64,000 bases of DNA, from the NCBI GenBank assembly GCA_964431735.1, contig CAYSLJ010000009.1, positions 590 to 64,589 of the forward strand, read 5' to 3'. Position numbers and translations under genes: made by a program. Positions 1 to 9,500 of this stretch are shown here, in pieces. This stretch comes from an uncultured Synergistia bacterium (GTDB lineage: Bacteria; Vulcanimicrobiota; SpSt-956; JAKJGF01). The number at the start of each line of letters is the position of its first letter. The first letter of the stretch is position 1. The notes under the pieces were generated by a model. The model was not told the DNA's origin, searched no databases, and was given only the letters and a program-made list of their open reading frames with translations.

Positions 1-51
1 CAGGTTATTAAAGAAGAGATAAAAAATTTGAAAAAGAAGGGTAAATTATGA
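1..51 (+). CDS. 3' end of a CDS that starts left of the window
   Basis: Frame 1 is open from base 1 to TGA 49-51 (..QVIKEEIKNLKKKGKL*). The stop overlaps the next ATG (ATGA at 48-51). Confidence 0.3.
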   Translation, partial: QVIKEEIKNLKKKGKL

Positions 52-302
52 AAAAAAATATGTTTGAATTCTGCACCGTATTGCTGGTTGCTTTAATTAT
101 TACAGTAAACTTCGGGTTTTACTTCATTACACTGCCCAAACAGCATGAAATCGATGCACTGAAAAAGGGGCCTGGAGGTATAATAGAACTTATAAATCAG
201 AGAGATGCAGACATAGCCTATATTCAAACTCTGGAAAAATATAAAGAGGAATGGGTAAATGCAAAAAAAGAACTGGCTGAATTGAAGAAAAAAAATCACT
301 GA
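48..302 (+). CDS. small hypothetical membrane protein (one N-terminal TM helix, charged coiled-coil tail)
   Basis: 84-aa ORF with a hydrophobic segment (FCTVLLVALIITVNFGFYFI) followed by a K/E-rich tail. I recognise no family. Confidence 0.45.
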   Translation: MKKNMFEFCTVLLVALIITVNFGFYFITLPKQHEIDALKKGPGGIIELINQRDADIAYIQTLEKYKEEWVNAKKELAELKKKNH

Positions 303-332
303 TGAAGAAAATCTTTTATCCAGGGGACAATA

Positions 333-1430
333 TTATCGTCTCTTTCCCTGACCGTAATCTTTCATAACATATTCAAACCTCTTTTTATCTGTACACATCT
401 TATAGGCATCTTCTGATGTAATATGTCCTTCAAGATGCAATCGTTTCAGTGTATCGTCAAGTGTGCACATCCTGTCTTCACCGCTTGTCTGCATGGTGGA
501 ATAAAGCAGTTTTGTTTTATCTTCCCTTATAAGATTTGCAACGGCAATAGTCCCCATAAGAATTTCATATGCAAGGATCTGTCCGTTTCCGTCTTTTCTC
601 CTTACAAGTGTTTGAGAGATTATGCCTCTTACAGTATCTGCCAGCAGATTTCTGATTGTACTTCTATGTTCTTCAGGGAAAAAATTAACATATCTGTCTA
701 TAGTTTCCGTGGCAGTTCTGGTATGAAGCGTGGCAAGTACAAGAGGTCCTGTTTCTGCCAGCCTTAATACCATTGACGCAGTTTCCATATCTTTAATTTC
801 GCCGACATAGACAACATCGGGATCTTCATTGAGGGTACTCTGAATGGCATGAGGGAAATTACATACATGAAAACCTATCTGTCTCTGATTTACCCTGCTT
901 TTTTTCGGAGTAAATACAAATTCTATAGGATTTTCTATTGTTATTATATTATAGGCGAATTCACTGTTTATCATTTCTATCATAGAAGAAACAGTAGTGC
1001 TTTTACCATGTCTTGCCCTGCCTGTTACAAGTACGAGACCGCTCTTATTTCTGGCAAGATCTTCAGCCACGAGAGGAAGTCTGAGTTCCTGCATTGTAGG
1101 AACTCTGGTAGGGATAACTCTCAATATTACCGCTTCACCTGTAAGCTGTGTATAAACATTGACCCTTACCCTTGACGATCCGGGAATATCTGCACCGAAA
1201 TCTATATCTATAAGTTCTTCCGAATAAAATTTACTCTTTTGATAATCATCTGTAAGATCATTTATAAGCCCGAGAACTTCTTTCTGTGAAATAACACCAT
1301 ATTCACCGGCAAATTTAAACTGTCCGTACAGTCTGTAACAGGCAACACTGTTACTGTAAATATGTATATCAGAAGCTCCTGACTCTATTAATTCCGTAAT
1401 TAGCTGTAATATTTTATCTGATTGTATCAT
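333..1430 (-). CDS. pilT: type IV pilus retraction ATPase, PilT family
   Basis: 365 aa. Walker A-like GRARHGKST, Asp box ITIENPIEF, Walker B DVVYVGEIKD, His box LVLATLHT and PilT-type AVANLIRE motif. Confidence 0.85.
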   Translation of the reverse strand: MIQSDKILQLITELIESGASDIHIYSNSVACYRLYGQFKFAGEYGVISQKEVLGLINDLTDDYQKSKFYSEELIDIDFGADIPGSSRVRVNVYTQLTGEAVILRVIPTRVPTMQELRLPLVAEDLARNKSGLVLVTGRARHGKSTTVSSMIEMINSEFAYNIITIENPIEFVFTPKKSRVNQRQIGFHVCNFPHAIQSTLNEDPDVVYVGEIKDMETASMVLRLAETGPLVLATLHTRTATETIDRYVNFFPEEHRSTIRNLLADTVRGIISQTLVRRKDGNGQILAYEILMGTIAVANLIREDKTKLLYSTMQTSGEDRMCTLDDTLKRLHLEGHITSEDAYKMCTDKKRFEYVMKDYGQGKRR

Positions 1431-1614
1431 AAAAAATCTTCTTTAATAAGTATTTATATGGTAACATATAAAGAATGTTACCTGCTTTCTATGGATAAAA
1501 TAAATTTCAAGGAGTTAATCGAAAATCCTGCTTTCACTACTCACTATTCGCTACAATCAACAATTTGATATTCCAACAATTTACTTTCAACAACGTTTCT
1601 AAAATCTATAAATA

Positions 1615-3726
1615 TCAATCAAGGAGGCCTTTTATCCAGGATATAACTCCGGGGAAAGGGGAATTTTTTATTTCATCCATTAGCTTCAGTCCTTTATCAT
1701 GCCAGAGGCCGTCAGGATTTTCATCCATATATTTTTTTAAAACATTTATGCTCTTTTTAATTCTCCCTGACTTAAACAGAATAAGAGCTTCAAAAAAATC
1801 CTTTTCTTTATATCCGGGATTGAGCATTAAAGCTTTTTTATACTGTGTCAGAGCAAGGTCTTTTGAGTGCTGTTCCAGTTTCCTCCCGTATAAATAATAA
1901 AGTTCTATAAGTTTATATTCAATATCTTCTTCCTGACAGGATATATAAATTTCGTCATATAACTCTATTGCTTCCTGATATTTTTTTAAATTTGCCAGAA
2001 CTTCTCCGTATAAAAGCTGAAATTTCACATCATCTTCTTTAAGTTCCAGGACTTTTTTTATATTCTCCTCAGCTTCTTCATAATTCTTAAGTTTCATGAG
2101 TATTTTCACATAAAGTACTCGAAGATTTATATCTTTCTTTCTTATTTCTATAGCTTTTTTCATGTATGTTTCTGCTTCGAAATATTTCCCGTCTATTTCA
2201 TAGAGAACAGCAAGATGAACATAACATTTCAGCATATTTTTATTCTCAGCCATGCTCACTATAAGCTCTTCTATCGTATCAAAATATAAATTTTTATCTT
2301 CAGGAAATCTATCTTTATATGGTTCCAAATTCTTACCGAGAAAAAGAGCAAGAAAATCCATAATATTTTTTTCCGTAAGATCACCCAGTGCCTGAAGAGC
2401 ACTTTTCTGAACAGCAGGACTCGGGTCTTTAAGGAGTTTCCCTATATCTTTTATAGCTATTCTGGCTCCTATCTTTGCAAGAGACGAAGGGGTATATCTT
2501 CTTATAATTTCATCAGGGCTGAAAAGCATTTTTATGAGAGGTTCAATGACTCTTTCATCTTTAAAATTACCGAGTAAATCTACTATTTTCCTGTGTTTTT
2601 CTTTAAATTCCTCCATAGTCAGAAGTTTTATAAGTGGTTCAAGAGCCCTCTGATCCTGTTTTTCTGCCATTTCTAAGACTCTATCTACATCATTGGCAGA
2701 AGAAATTATAAAAGCTGTTTCTTTGACCTGCTCTTTAGGAACCCTTTTCTGTGCAAAGAGTCCTTTTTTACTGGTAGAAACTTCTTCATTTATAAGCCCT
2801 TTTCTGGCTTCTTCCAGGTCTCCGCTATCATCATTAAACTCTCCCAGGTCTCTTTTTCCTTCCAGAACCTCTTTCATCTCCAGCGCAGAAGAAAAACGAT
2901 TTTCAGGGTAGAGACTAAGGGCTTTTTTTACAATCTTTTCAAGCCAGGGAGATACATCGGGTCTTGTTTCTTTCAGAGGAGGGAATTTCAGAGGTCCCGG
3001 CTGCACAGCAGTCAGGAGAAAATACATAACAGCAGCAAGACCGTAAAGATCACTCCTTGGCTCAGGCTGTCCCTGATACTGTTCAAGAGAAGCATATCCC
3101 ATGGTTCCTACAATAGTTTTTTCACTGCATGTATCAGGATTTACAGGTCTTGCAAGGCCAAAATCTATAAGCATTATCCTCCCGTCATTACAGAAAAATA
3201 TATTGGATGGTTTTATATCTCTATGAAGTATGGGTTTAGGCTTCTGATTGTGCAGATATACGAGAATATCACATACATCTATTCCAATTTTTACGACAAA
3301 TTTCTCATCTACTCCCGTATTGTTACATTTAACTGTTATATAAGTGAAAAGATCTATGCCATCAAGATAATCCATTATAAGATAATACCTGTTTTGATGG
3401 GTAAAATAATCTGTAACCCTGGGAATACCGTTATGCCTTAAATCGGCAAGAAGCTTGGCTTCTTCCATAAAACGTTTTTTCATATATTCCAGATCTGTTT
3501 CTTCCTGGTTGAGCATTTCTTTTATTGCACAGAGCTGGGTTAACCGGGTATCAAAACCTTTATATACTGCTCCCATACCTCCTGCTTTGATTGATTTTTT
3601 TATTTCATAACGACCGTCCAGAACAGTGCCGGGTTTAAACCATTTTACTCCGTAAGTGAGACAATAAATACAATTGCCGTCACCATCAAAATCTTTATGA
3701 CCACATTTAATACAAGCTTCAGCCAT
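1615..3726 (-). CDS. Ser/Thr protein kinase with N-terminal zinc ribbon and C-terminal HEAT-like and TPR repeats
   Basis: CxxC..CxxC at the N-terminus. Hanks kinase motifs GGMGAVYK, HRDIKPSN, DFGLA and GTMGY. HEAT-like (EPLIKLL, PAVQKSALQALG) and TPR-like C-terminal half. Confidence 0.9.
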   Translation of the reverse strand: MAEACIKCGHKDFDGDGNCIYCLTYGVKWFKPGTVLDGRYEIKKSIKAGGMGAVYKGFDTRLTQLCAIKEMLNQEETDLEYMKKRFMEEAKLLADLRHNGIPRVTDYFTHQNRYYLIMDYLDGIDLFTYITVKCNNTGVDEKFVVKIGIDVCDILVYLHNQKPKPILHRDIKPSNIFFCNDGRIMLIDFGLARPVNPDTCSEKTIVGTMGYASLEQYQGQPEPRSDLYGLAAVMYFLLTAVQPGPLKFPPLKETRPDVSPWLEKIVKKALSLYPENRFSSALEMKEVLEGKRDLGEFNDDSGDLEEARKGLINEEVSTSKKGLFAQKRVPKEQVKETAFIISSANDVDRVLEMAEKQDQRALEPLIKLLTMEEFKEKHRKIVDLLGNFKDERVIEPLIKMLFSPDEIIRRYTPSSLAKIGARIAIKDIGKLLKDPSPAVQKSALQALGDLTEKNIMDFLALFLGKNLEPYKDRFPEDKNLYFDTIEELIVSMAENKNMLKCYVHLAVLYEIDGKYFEAETYMKKAIEIRKKDINLRVLYVKILMKLKNYEEAEENIKKVLELKEDDVKFQLLYGEVLANLKKYQEAIELYDEIYISCQEEDIEYKLIELYYLYGRKLEQHSKDLALTQYKKALMLNPGYKEKDFFEALILFKSGRIKKSINVLKKYMDENPDGLWHDKGLKLMDEIKNSPFPGVISWIKGLLD

Positions 3727-3788
3727 TATTTATATTCTCTTTCCGCTATGAGGCATTATAGTTAATTTCATAACTTCTCAGGATTTAA

Positions 3789-3910
3789 GTGAGTAGTGAG
3801 TGGTGAGTAGAATATGGCATTGTCACTCACTGTTCACTGTTCACTCATTACTGACCTGAGCATAAGCATGTAATAAATTGCATCCTCCCGTCACGCGTTA
3901 CGCGTCACGA
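3789..3910. repeat. inverted GTGAGTA / TCACTnn arrays, TTACTGACCTGAGCATAAGCATG module, GTCACGC array
   Basis: GTGAGTA GTGAGTG GTGAGTA (3789-3809) faces TCACTCACTGTTCACTGTTCACTCATTAC (3823-3851). Module at 3847-3890. GTCACGC GTTACGC GTCACGA at 3890-3910. Confidence 0.85.
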
Positions 3911-4120
3911 GAATAAAATATACATTATTTATACTCACCTCAGTAATTATGAATTATTATGAAGCTAACTATTTTATGTGAAAGAATAGTTCCAGAATAG
4001 AAAAAAAAATCCTTCTTCTAACAGGGTCAGGGATACATAAAAAATGAAAATTAAAAAAGAAGAAAGCTTATATTATCTGATTAAATATATTTTTTTATTC
4101 ATATAAATTATTTCATATTA

Positions 4121-5539
4121 TCAGGTAAGCCCGAAATATCTCTGAGCCCCCAGTATTTCAACCCATCCGTTGGCCCATTTTGCCGCATCGTATTTTTCAA
4201 AACGATTTCCCCAGTCTGCAAGGTGATTATCTTCATAAATAGCCCTTATAAAACCTCCTATATGTTTCGGATGCCACCCTGCATCCATAAAATCATTTAT
4301 CAGATAATTTAATTTATCAGGCTGCAGAAGAGAGGGATTGGGGTTAGAAATTATACGGGCTAAATGAGGAAATTGTATGCATATGGCATTATAATTACGA
4401 TAGGTTTTATTCCATATTTCACATGGTTCATGTTCTTCGCTGTCCATTAAATGATGAAAATAAGCCATAGGAGATTCTCTGTATAAACGGATTAAATTTC
4501 TGATACCTGAACTTCCTTCAGGTATATGACCATCCTGCTCCGAAAAATGTTTCAGAGCTTCATAATAATTATTCCTTACCTTTACCATGGTTCTCATATC
4601 GGGGAAGTTTTCCGCCCATCCTCTGGCACGTATAAGACGAACGGGAATGGGGGTCTGGTAGAAAACCTCTGGATCAAGTATTTTCTGAAAATGGAGTTTT
4701 ATATAAGGAGAATCAGGAATAGAGCAATTCGAATTATCAACACTTCTTGTGAGCATGGTAAGATCCAGAGCTATACCTTCATCACCTATATCGGACATTT
4801 CAACAGGCAATCTGTAAGACAGTCTTCTTGCATCATGAATAATCAAACCTGCAAGAAAAAGCATCAGACGTAAAGCACCTTTAAAAGAAAGTTCTTCTCT
4901 CTCGGTTACTGCTCTGTGTCTTTTAAAAGCAGGATATTTCTGCTTTGCCGCAAGAGTCGGTTCTATTATTCCTCCAATCCTTACCAGTTCAGAAAAAAGA
5001 GGAGAATGAAAGGGCACAGAAGAAATGAAATTATAACCTCTTCCTGTCAGGATAGCTATATGATCAATTCCTAAAGAAAGAAGTTTCTCTCTTATAAGAG
5101 AATAAACAGGCTCTACGGCAGACAGAACTTCTTCCTGATTTAAAAGAATATTACTGCAGTCTCTACTGGTAAAATATTCAATATCCAGAAATATAAGAAC
5201 TCTTTTTTTCTGCCATACTGATTGACAGAGAGCAAGAGGAGGATCTTTATAATTTACATAATAATTTACATATTCTTCTTTTGAAACCGCCCGTCCTGTA
5301 CAGAGCTTTCCCTTTTCTTCGACAATCTGCCTTCCTATAAGAGCCAGGTATTCACATGACGTTGACATCATAGCTTCCCGGAGATTGGCTGAATCGCTGA
5401 GACGTCTGAGCCCTTTTTCCAGATGAAAATTATTATATTCTGAGCCTAAAGACTGAAGGGCCACACGCCATACATCATCATGCCACCACCAGTCATTAAG
5501 GGCAGAAACAGATTCGGATAAATCCATCATAATCACCAC
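4121..5539 (-). CDS. hypothetical protein with archaeo-eukaryotic primase (AEP)-like motif pattern
   Basis: 472-aa ORF. IFLDIEY (DxE, nt 5177-5185), then about 50 aa later LTGRGYNF (nt 5030-5044), then IALDLT. This resembles AEP motifs I-III, but Asn replaces the motif II His. By-eye comparison only. Confidence 0.4.
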   Translation of the reverse strand: MVIMMDLSESVSALNDWWWHDDVWRVALQSLGSEYNNFHLEKGLRRLSDSANLREAMMSTSCEYLALIGRQIVEEKGKLCTGRAVSKEEYVNYYVNYKDPPLALCQSVWQKKRVLIFLDIEYFTSRDCSNILLNQEEVLSAVEPVYSLIREKLLSLGIDHIAILTGRGYNFISSVPFHSPLFSELVRIGGIIEPTLAAKQKYPAFKRHRAVTEREELSFKGALRLMLFLAGLIIHDARRLSYRLPVEMSDIGDEGIALDLTMLTRSVDNSNCSIPDSPYIKLHFQKILDPEVFYQTPIPVRLIRARGWAENFPDMRTMVKVRNNYYEALKHFSEQDGHIPEGSSGIRNLIRLYRESPMAYFHHLMDSEEHEPCEIWNKTYRNYNAICIQFPHLARIISNPNPSLLQPDKLNYLINDFMDAGWHPKHIGGFIRAIYEDNHLADWGNRFEKYDAAKWANGWVEILGAQRYFGLT

Positions 5540-5581
5540 CTCTGTCAGTCAGGGGTTTGTTCGGATCACTACTCGCCTGTA

Positions 5582-5690
5582 ATCGTGACGCGTGACGCGT
5601 AGTTTCATCAGATGCCTGTCGAACACAGAGCTATTGCTTTTCACTGGTTCCCATTCACTTTTCACTCTTCACTCTTCCCCACTCACTTTT
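5582..5690 (-). repeat. intercistronic mosaic element (shorter)
   Basis: Minus-strand order: stop of the 366-aa gene, GTGAGTGGGGAAGAGTGAAGAGTGAAAAGTGAA, spacer, CTACGCGTCACGCGTCACGAT. Confidence 0.8.
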
Positions 5691-6783
5691 CCCTTATCAT
5701 CTCAATAAAATTCCTTCTTTTTAATTTTCTGCATATAGCCATGTTTATTTCCTTTATTGCTTTAAGTATAATATTAAAATCTTTTTCGAAAATTTCCAGG
5801 ACAAGCCTCAGAGGACGTCCGGATTTCACACAAAAATCCACTGCAAGCTCAAAGGCTGCCGAAATATTCATTTCAAAACCTTCATTATACATTTCTGGAG
5901 GCTCATCAAGTCGGAAACGGGCTTTGAAAGGATCTTCATCAGGATATATACCGGGGACAAGATGGGTTTCAGTCTGCCAGCAACCACCGAGATGCCAGAC
6001 ATATACATCATGAGGATTAAGAAGATTAAGGGTATCTTCCATTATCTGAGGAAATCTTTTAAAGCGAACATCTTCAAAGCCTTCTTTTCTTGTCTCACAT
6101 ATTAAAGCCTGAGATCTCCACAGATGGGACATATCAAAAACAAGTCTTGTCTCAGGTAATATGGCCTGACATTCTTCCAGTATTCTTTTTGTCTCAGTCG
6201 GAGTGGCAGGATATTTCGGAAACTCAAGTATTTCAATACATGGCACGAAGGAAAAACCTTCTTCTTTATAGACCTTTGCAAACTCACTGAAAACTTTTAT
6301 ACTTTCCGGTATAAAAACAAATTCTCTATAATTATCGTCTATCCACCTGTCTACCTGACACAGGTGGAATACAAAATAATCTGCATAAATACTGTTAGCC
6401 CATCTCATTACTTCAATAATACTTGCTATACTGTAGTTTTTCTTAAAACCGCTGATATCCAGAACATCTATTTTGAGGTTAGGGGCATGAACACCCAGGA
6501 TTCTTGGTTGTTCAAATATTTCATAACTTATGCCCTGATTTGCCGCAATTTCTGTCCACGAGTTTTTCTGAGGAATAAACATATTGTTCACATGGTCATA
6601 TTCACCCCAGATCTTTTCCGGTTGTAATTCCATAAGATAATAGGGAGATGAAAGGGTTACACGGAGGTCATGAATATAATAACGAAGACTGTCAGGTATG
6701 GATCTGCCAAGACGGACATCTGCCTTATTGACACAGGAAAGGGCGGGACCGACAAAAACAAATTCGTCAAACACGTTACTCAC
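5683..6783 (-). CDS. xylose isomerase-like TIM-barrel (sugar phosphate isomerase/epimerase / AP endonuclease 2 fold) protein
   Basis: 366 aa. Spaced motifs LGVHAP, FVFHL, IEILE, FDMSH, WHLGG and LEI are typical of the metal-binding TIM-barrel family. The stop lies inside a heptamer array. Confidence 0.5.
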   Translation of the reverse strand: MSNVFDEFVFVGPALSCVNKADVRLGRSIPDSLRYYIHDLRVTLSSPYYLMELQPEKIWGEYDHVNNMFIPQKNSWTEIAANQGISYEIFEQPRILGVHAPNLKIDVLDISGFKKNYSIASIIEVMRWANSIYADYFVFHLCQVDRWIDDNYREFVFIPESIKVFSEFAKVYKEEGFSFVPCIEILEFPKYPATPTETKRILEECQAILPETRLVFDMSHLWRSQALICETRKEGFEDVRFKRFPQIMEDTLNLLNPHDVYVWHLGGCWQTETHLVPGIYPDEDPFKARFRLDEPPEMYNEGFEMNISAAFELAVDFCVKSGRPLRLVLEIFEKDFNIILKAIKEINMAICRKLKRRNFIEMIREK

Positions 6784-6850
6784 CTTTCTCTCTAAATATT
6801 AAATTATTGTAAGCAGTCAGATTTTACAGTTTATTTCATAACTTATTAAT

Positions 6851-6975
6851 AATTTAAGTGATCGTGACGCGTAACGCGTCACGCGTGACATGAGGAAACA
6901 TCTATTATATGCTTATGGTCAGGTCAGTAATAACCTCTTAATACGTGATGCACAGAGATTAAACTAGCCGTTACG
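6851..6975. repeat. ACGCGT heptamer array, inverted copy of the TTACTGACC module, second short array
   Basis: ATCGTGACGCGTAACGCGTCACGCGTGACA (6851-6880). Inverted module at 6882-6921. GCCGTTACGCGTCACGAGA at 6957-6975. Confidence 0.85.
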
Positions 6976-7197
6976 CGTCACGAGAACATATATGTGTTAT
7001 TTATACTCACCACAGTAATTATAAATTCTTATGAAACTAACTATAATTTACATCATCTACATGTAATATTAGAAAAAAAATAAAAAAATGTCAATATAAT
7101 TAAACAAAAAGGTAATAAAAAATTTTCAATTACAAAAAGTTAACAAAATTTTAACTTTCTTCTATTTACTTGCCTCCGGTAACGTGTTATCTTAGTA

Positions 7198-9261
7198 TTG
7201 ATGAATATCAATAAATGTAACTATAAACCAGTCGAATATACAATTTCTAAAAAGTCCGGAGAAACCGGGGAAAAAGATTGCGGTGATTCTTTCTCTCCTT
7301 CTTCTCCCGAGAAGGAATGGACTTTTCTTGTATTTCTGGATGCCACAAAAAATCATGATAAAATAGCCCTGTATAAATTAAAAGATCTCGAAAAGACCGG
7401 GTCTAACGAAAATGTAAATATAGTGGCAGAAGTAACCAGAAGCAAGCACTTCATGGACAGAATAACAAAAGACTGGCAGGGTACAAAGAGATTTTATGTT
7501 ACAAAGGGAGAGAAAGATAAAAATATAAGGCAGTTGGCCCATCTTTATTTACCAGGCCATACATATGGCGTAACTTCTCCTGAAGTGGAAAAAATGGATT
7601 TTCAGGATCCCGGTGACAACCAGACCCTGGAACAATTTCTGAAATGGGGTATGGAGAAATATCCTGCCAGACACTATGGTGTTCTTATCTCTTCCAACGG
7701 TTCAGGTATAGAGGGAATAATGGGTGATGAAAACAACAGAGTAACACTACCGGAACTGGGTGAAATAGCCAGAAACATAAAAGGTTCCACAGGAAAAAAG
7801 ATTGATCTTATGTTACTAGATGAAAGTAATTCCGCCAGCATGGAAGTGGCGACAGAACTTTCCGGCCATGTAAATTATATGATTGGTTCCGAAGGAGAGC
7901 TGAAATGCGCAAAAATACCTTTCGGGAAAGCTATTAAAACAATAAAAGAAGGAATAAAAGAAGAAGGCACAATAACTCCGAAGGAAGCAGCACTGTCATT
8001 TATTTATGAAAGCGGAAGACGAAAGTATGCTTCTGTTGATACTCCTTCAGTCTCTGCCATAGATCTGAACAAAACAGATAATGTCAATAAAATACTTGCT
8101 CCTCTCACAGAAGCCCTGAAAAATCATTCCGATAAAAAATTACTCAAAAATCTGGTTAAAAAAAGCCAGCAGTTCTATAACAGTAAAGGTAAAAAAGAAT
8201 TTCTGGATCTCAGGGATTTTACAAAGGTAATTGCAGATGAGATGAAAGTATCAGATCCTCATCTTGCAGAACTGGCGAAAGAACTGGATAAAGAACTGGG
8301 TGAAATGGTTATTGGAAATTTTTATGAAGGTGAAACTTTTCAGAATTCACGCGGTATTGCCATATTCGCTCCTTCAACAAAAGATGAAAGAACGGAAAAA
8401 ATTTCCAGAAAAATCTATCCAGAACTGGCATTGAACAAAGAAACAGGATGGAATGATTTTATAAACAAAATAGCAACAGATAATCATTTTAAAAAATTTC
8501 TTTCTTCTGTAGGAGTCGGAGAAAAAGAGCTGAAGGTTCTGGACAAATTTTTCACCCTTACAAGACAGGTCTTTAATGTAGGAGTAAGTATCGGCAGTAT
8601 AGGACTTGCTCTGACATGTCTTGATAATGTGGTAAACGGACAGTTAGCAGGTCCTGTAGGGACAGCAGTAGCTCTCGGTCTTGGCGGCACTGAAATTTCT
8701 TACGGCATAAAAAATACCTATTTATACGCTACAAATGAAGAAATAAAAGACAGAACACAGGTTTTAGATCCACTGTTCTACACAATGGAAGGTATTGCAA
8801 TTACATCCACCATGTCTTTACCTGCAAAGGTTCTCGGTGCCATGGGCAAGCAAATTGTACAGGGCATAGGAGCAATGGGAGGAGCATATCATGCCGCTAC
8901 AGGAGCATATAAAGTTTTTTCGGCTTTAAATGATGATAAATTAATTAATAAAAAAGAAAAAGTAATAGACAATACTCTTGACAGCATGAGAGGCATTGCC
9001 GTAGTTGCAGTAACCATGGGAATAATACTGGGAGCAGGAGCTGCTTTTACAACACCGGCAGGTATTGTTGCCGCTGCCATACCCGTAGCAAGGGCAATAT
9101 ATAACATACTCAGTAACATAAAAGATCTTAAAGCAGAAGATGTAGATATGAAAAGTTTCAGGGAGAAACTGGCAGAGATACAGGATCTGTCAGGCGCCAG
9201 ACCGAAACATTACATATCTCCTACAATAAAAGGTATTATTGAAGGTGCGGGAGCAATATAA
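7198..9261 (+). CDS. clostripain (peptidase C11)-like protein, probably catalytically inactive, with Gly/Ala-rich hydrophobic C-terminal region
   Basis: WTFLVFLDA..N and ARHYGVLISSNGSG / DLMLLDESNSAS resemble the C11 His and Cys blocks, but with Asn (7696-7698) and Ser (7825-7827) at the dyad positions. TTG at 7198 or ATG at 7201. The last 220 aa or so are G/A-rich helices. Confidence 0.6.
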   Translation: MMNINKCNYKPVEYTISKKSGETGEKDCGDSFSPSSPEKEWTFLVFLDATKNHDKIALYKLKDLEKTGSNENVNIVAEVTRSKHFMDRITKDWQGTKRFYVTKGEKDKNIRQLAHLYLPGHTYGVTSPEVEKMDFQDPGDNQTLEQFLKWGMEKYPARHYGVLISSNGSGIEGIMGDENNRVTLPELGEIARNIKGSTGKKIDLMLLDESNSASMEVATELSGHVNYMIGSEGELKCAKIPFGKAIKTIKEGIKEEGTITPKEAALSFIYESGRRKYASVDTPSVSAIDLNKTDNVNKILAPLTEALKNHSDKKLLKNLVKKSQQFYNSKGKKEFLDLRDFTKVIADEMKVSDPHLAELAKELDKELGEMVIGNFYEGETFQNSRGIAIFAPSTKDERTEKISRKIYPELALNKETGWNDFINKIATDNHFKKFLSSVGVGEKELKVLDKFFTLTRQVFNVGVSIGSIGLALTCLDNVVNGQLAGPVGTAVALGLGGTEISYGIKNTYLYATNEEIKDRTQVLDPLFYTMEGIAITSTMSLPAKVLGAMGKQIVQGIGAMGGAYHAATGAYKVFSALNDDKLINKKEKVIDNTLDSMRGIAVVAVTMGIILGAGAAFTTPAGIVAAAIPVARAIYNILSNIKDLKAEDVDMKSFREKLAEIQDLSGARPKHYISPTIKGIIEGAGAI

Positions 9262-9390
9262 TCGTGACGCGTGACGCGTGACGCGAGGGTAATGACAGTT
9301 CTGATAGTTTGACAGGTTATTTTGTATCGTGACGCGTGACGCGAGGATTTCGAACAGCCCCATAGTCGTGAAAAGTGAAGAGTGAAATAA
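9261..9390 (+). repeat. two CGTGACG arrays plus a GTGAAnA array downstream of the C11-like gene
   Basis: ATCGTGACGCGTGACGCGTGACGCGAGG (9261-9288), ATCGTGACGCGTGACGCGAGG (9326-9346) and GTCGTGAAAAGTGAAGAGTGAAATA (9365-9389). Confidence 0.85.
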
Positions 9391-9500
9391 TGGAAATAAA
9401 AAACACACCTTATATATACAAAATCTTCCAAATATAAAAAACCTCCTGAAACATAAGGAATTTCACACAATATGTATTAAAAACTACAGAAAAAACAAAT

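Noticed and set aside
333-1430. PilT with unusual Walker A (GRARHGKST) as a degenerate or inactive ATPase
   Set aside because: The GxxxxGK(S/T) pattern, Walker B, Asp box and His box are all intact. The deviation is within family variation as far as I can judge without an alignment.
4044-4106. 20-codon ORF (MKIKKEESLYYLIKYIFLFI) downstream of the conserved ATTATTTATACTCAC block
   Set aside because: It is too short and AT-rich to support as a gene from sequence alone. It is mentioned only as context for the repeat block.
9261-9346. Tandem ACGCGT/GTGAnnn arrays as CRISPR arrays
   Set aside because: The units are 7 nt and directly abutting, with no unique spacers of about 30 nt and no cas genes in the window.
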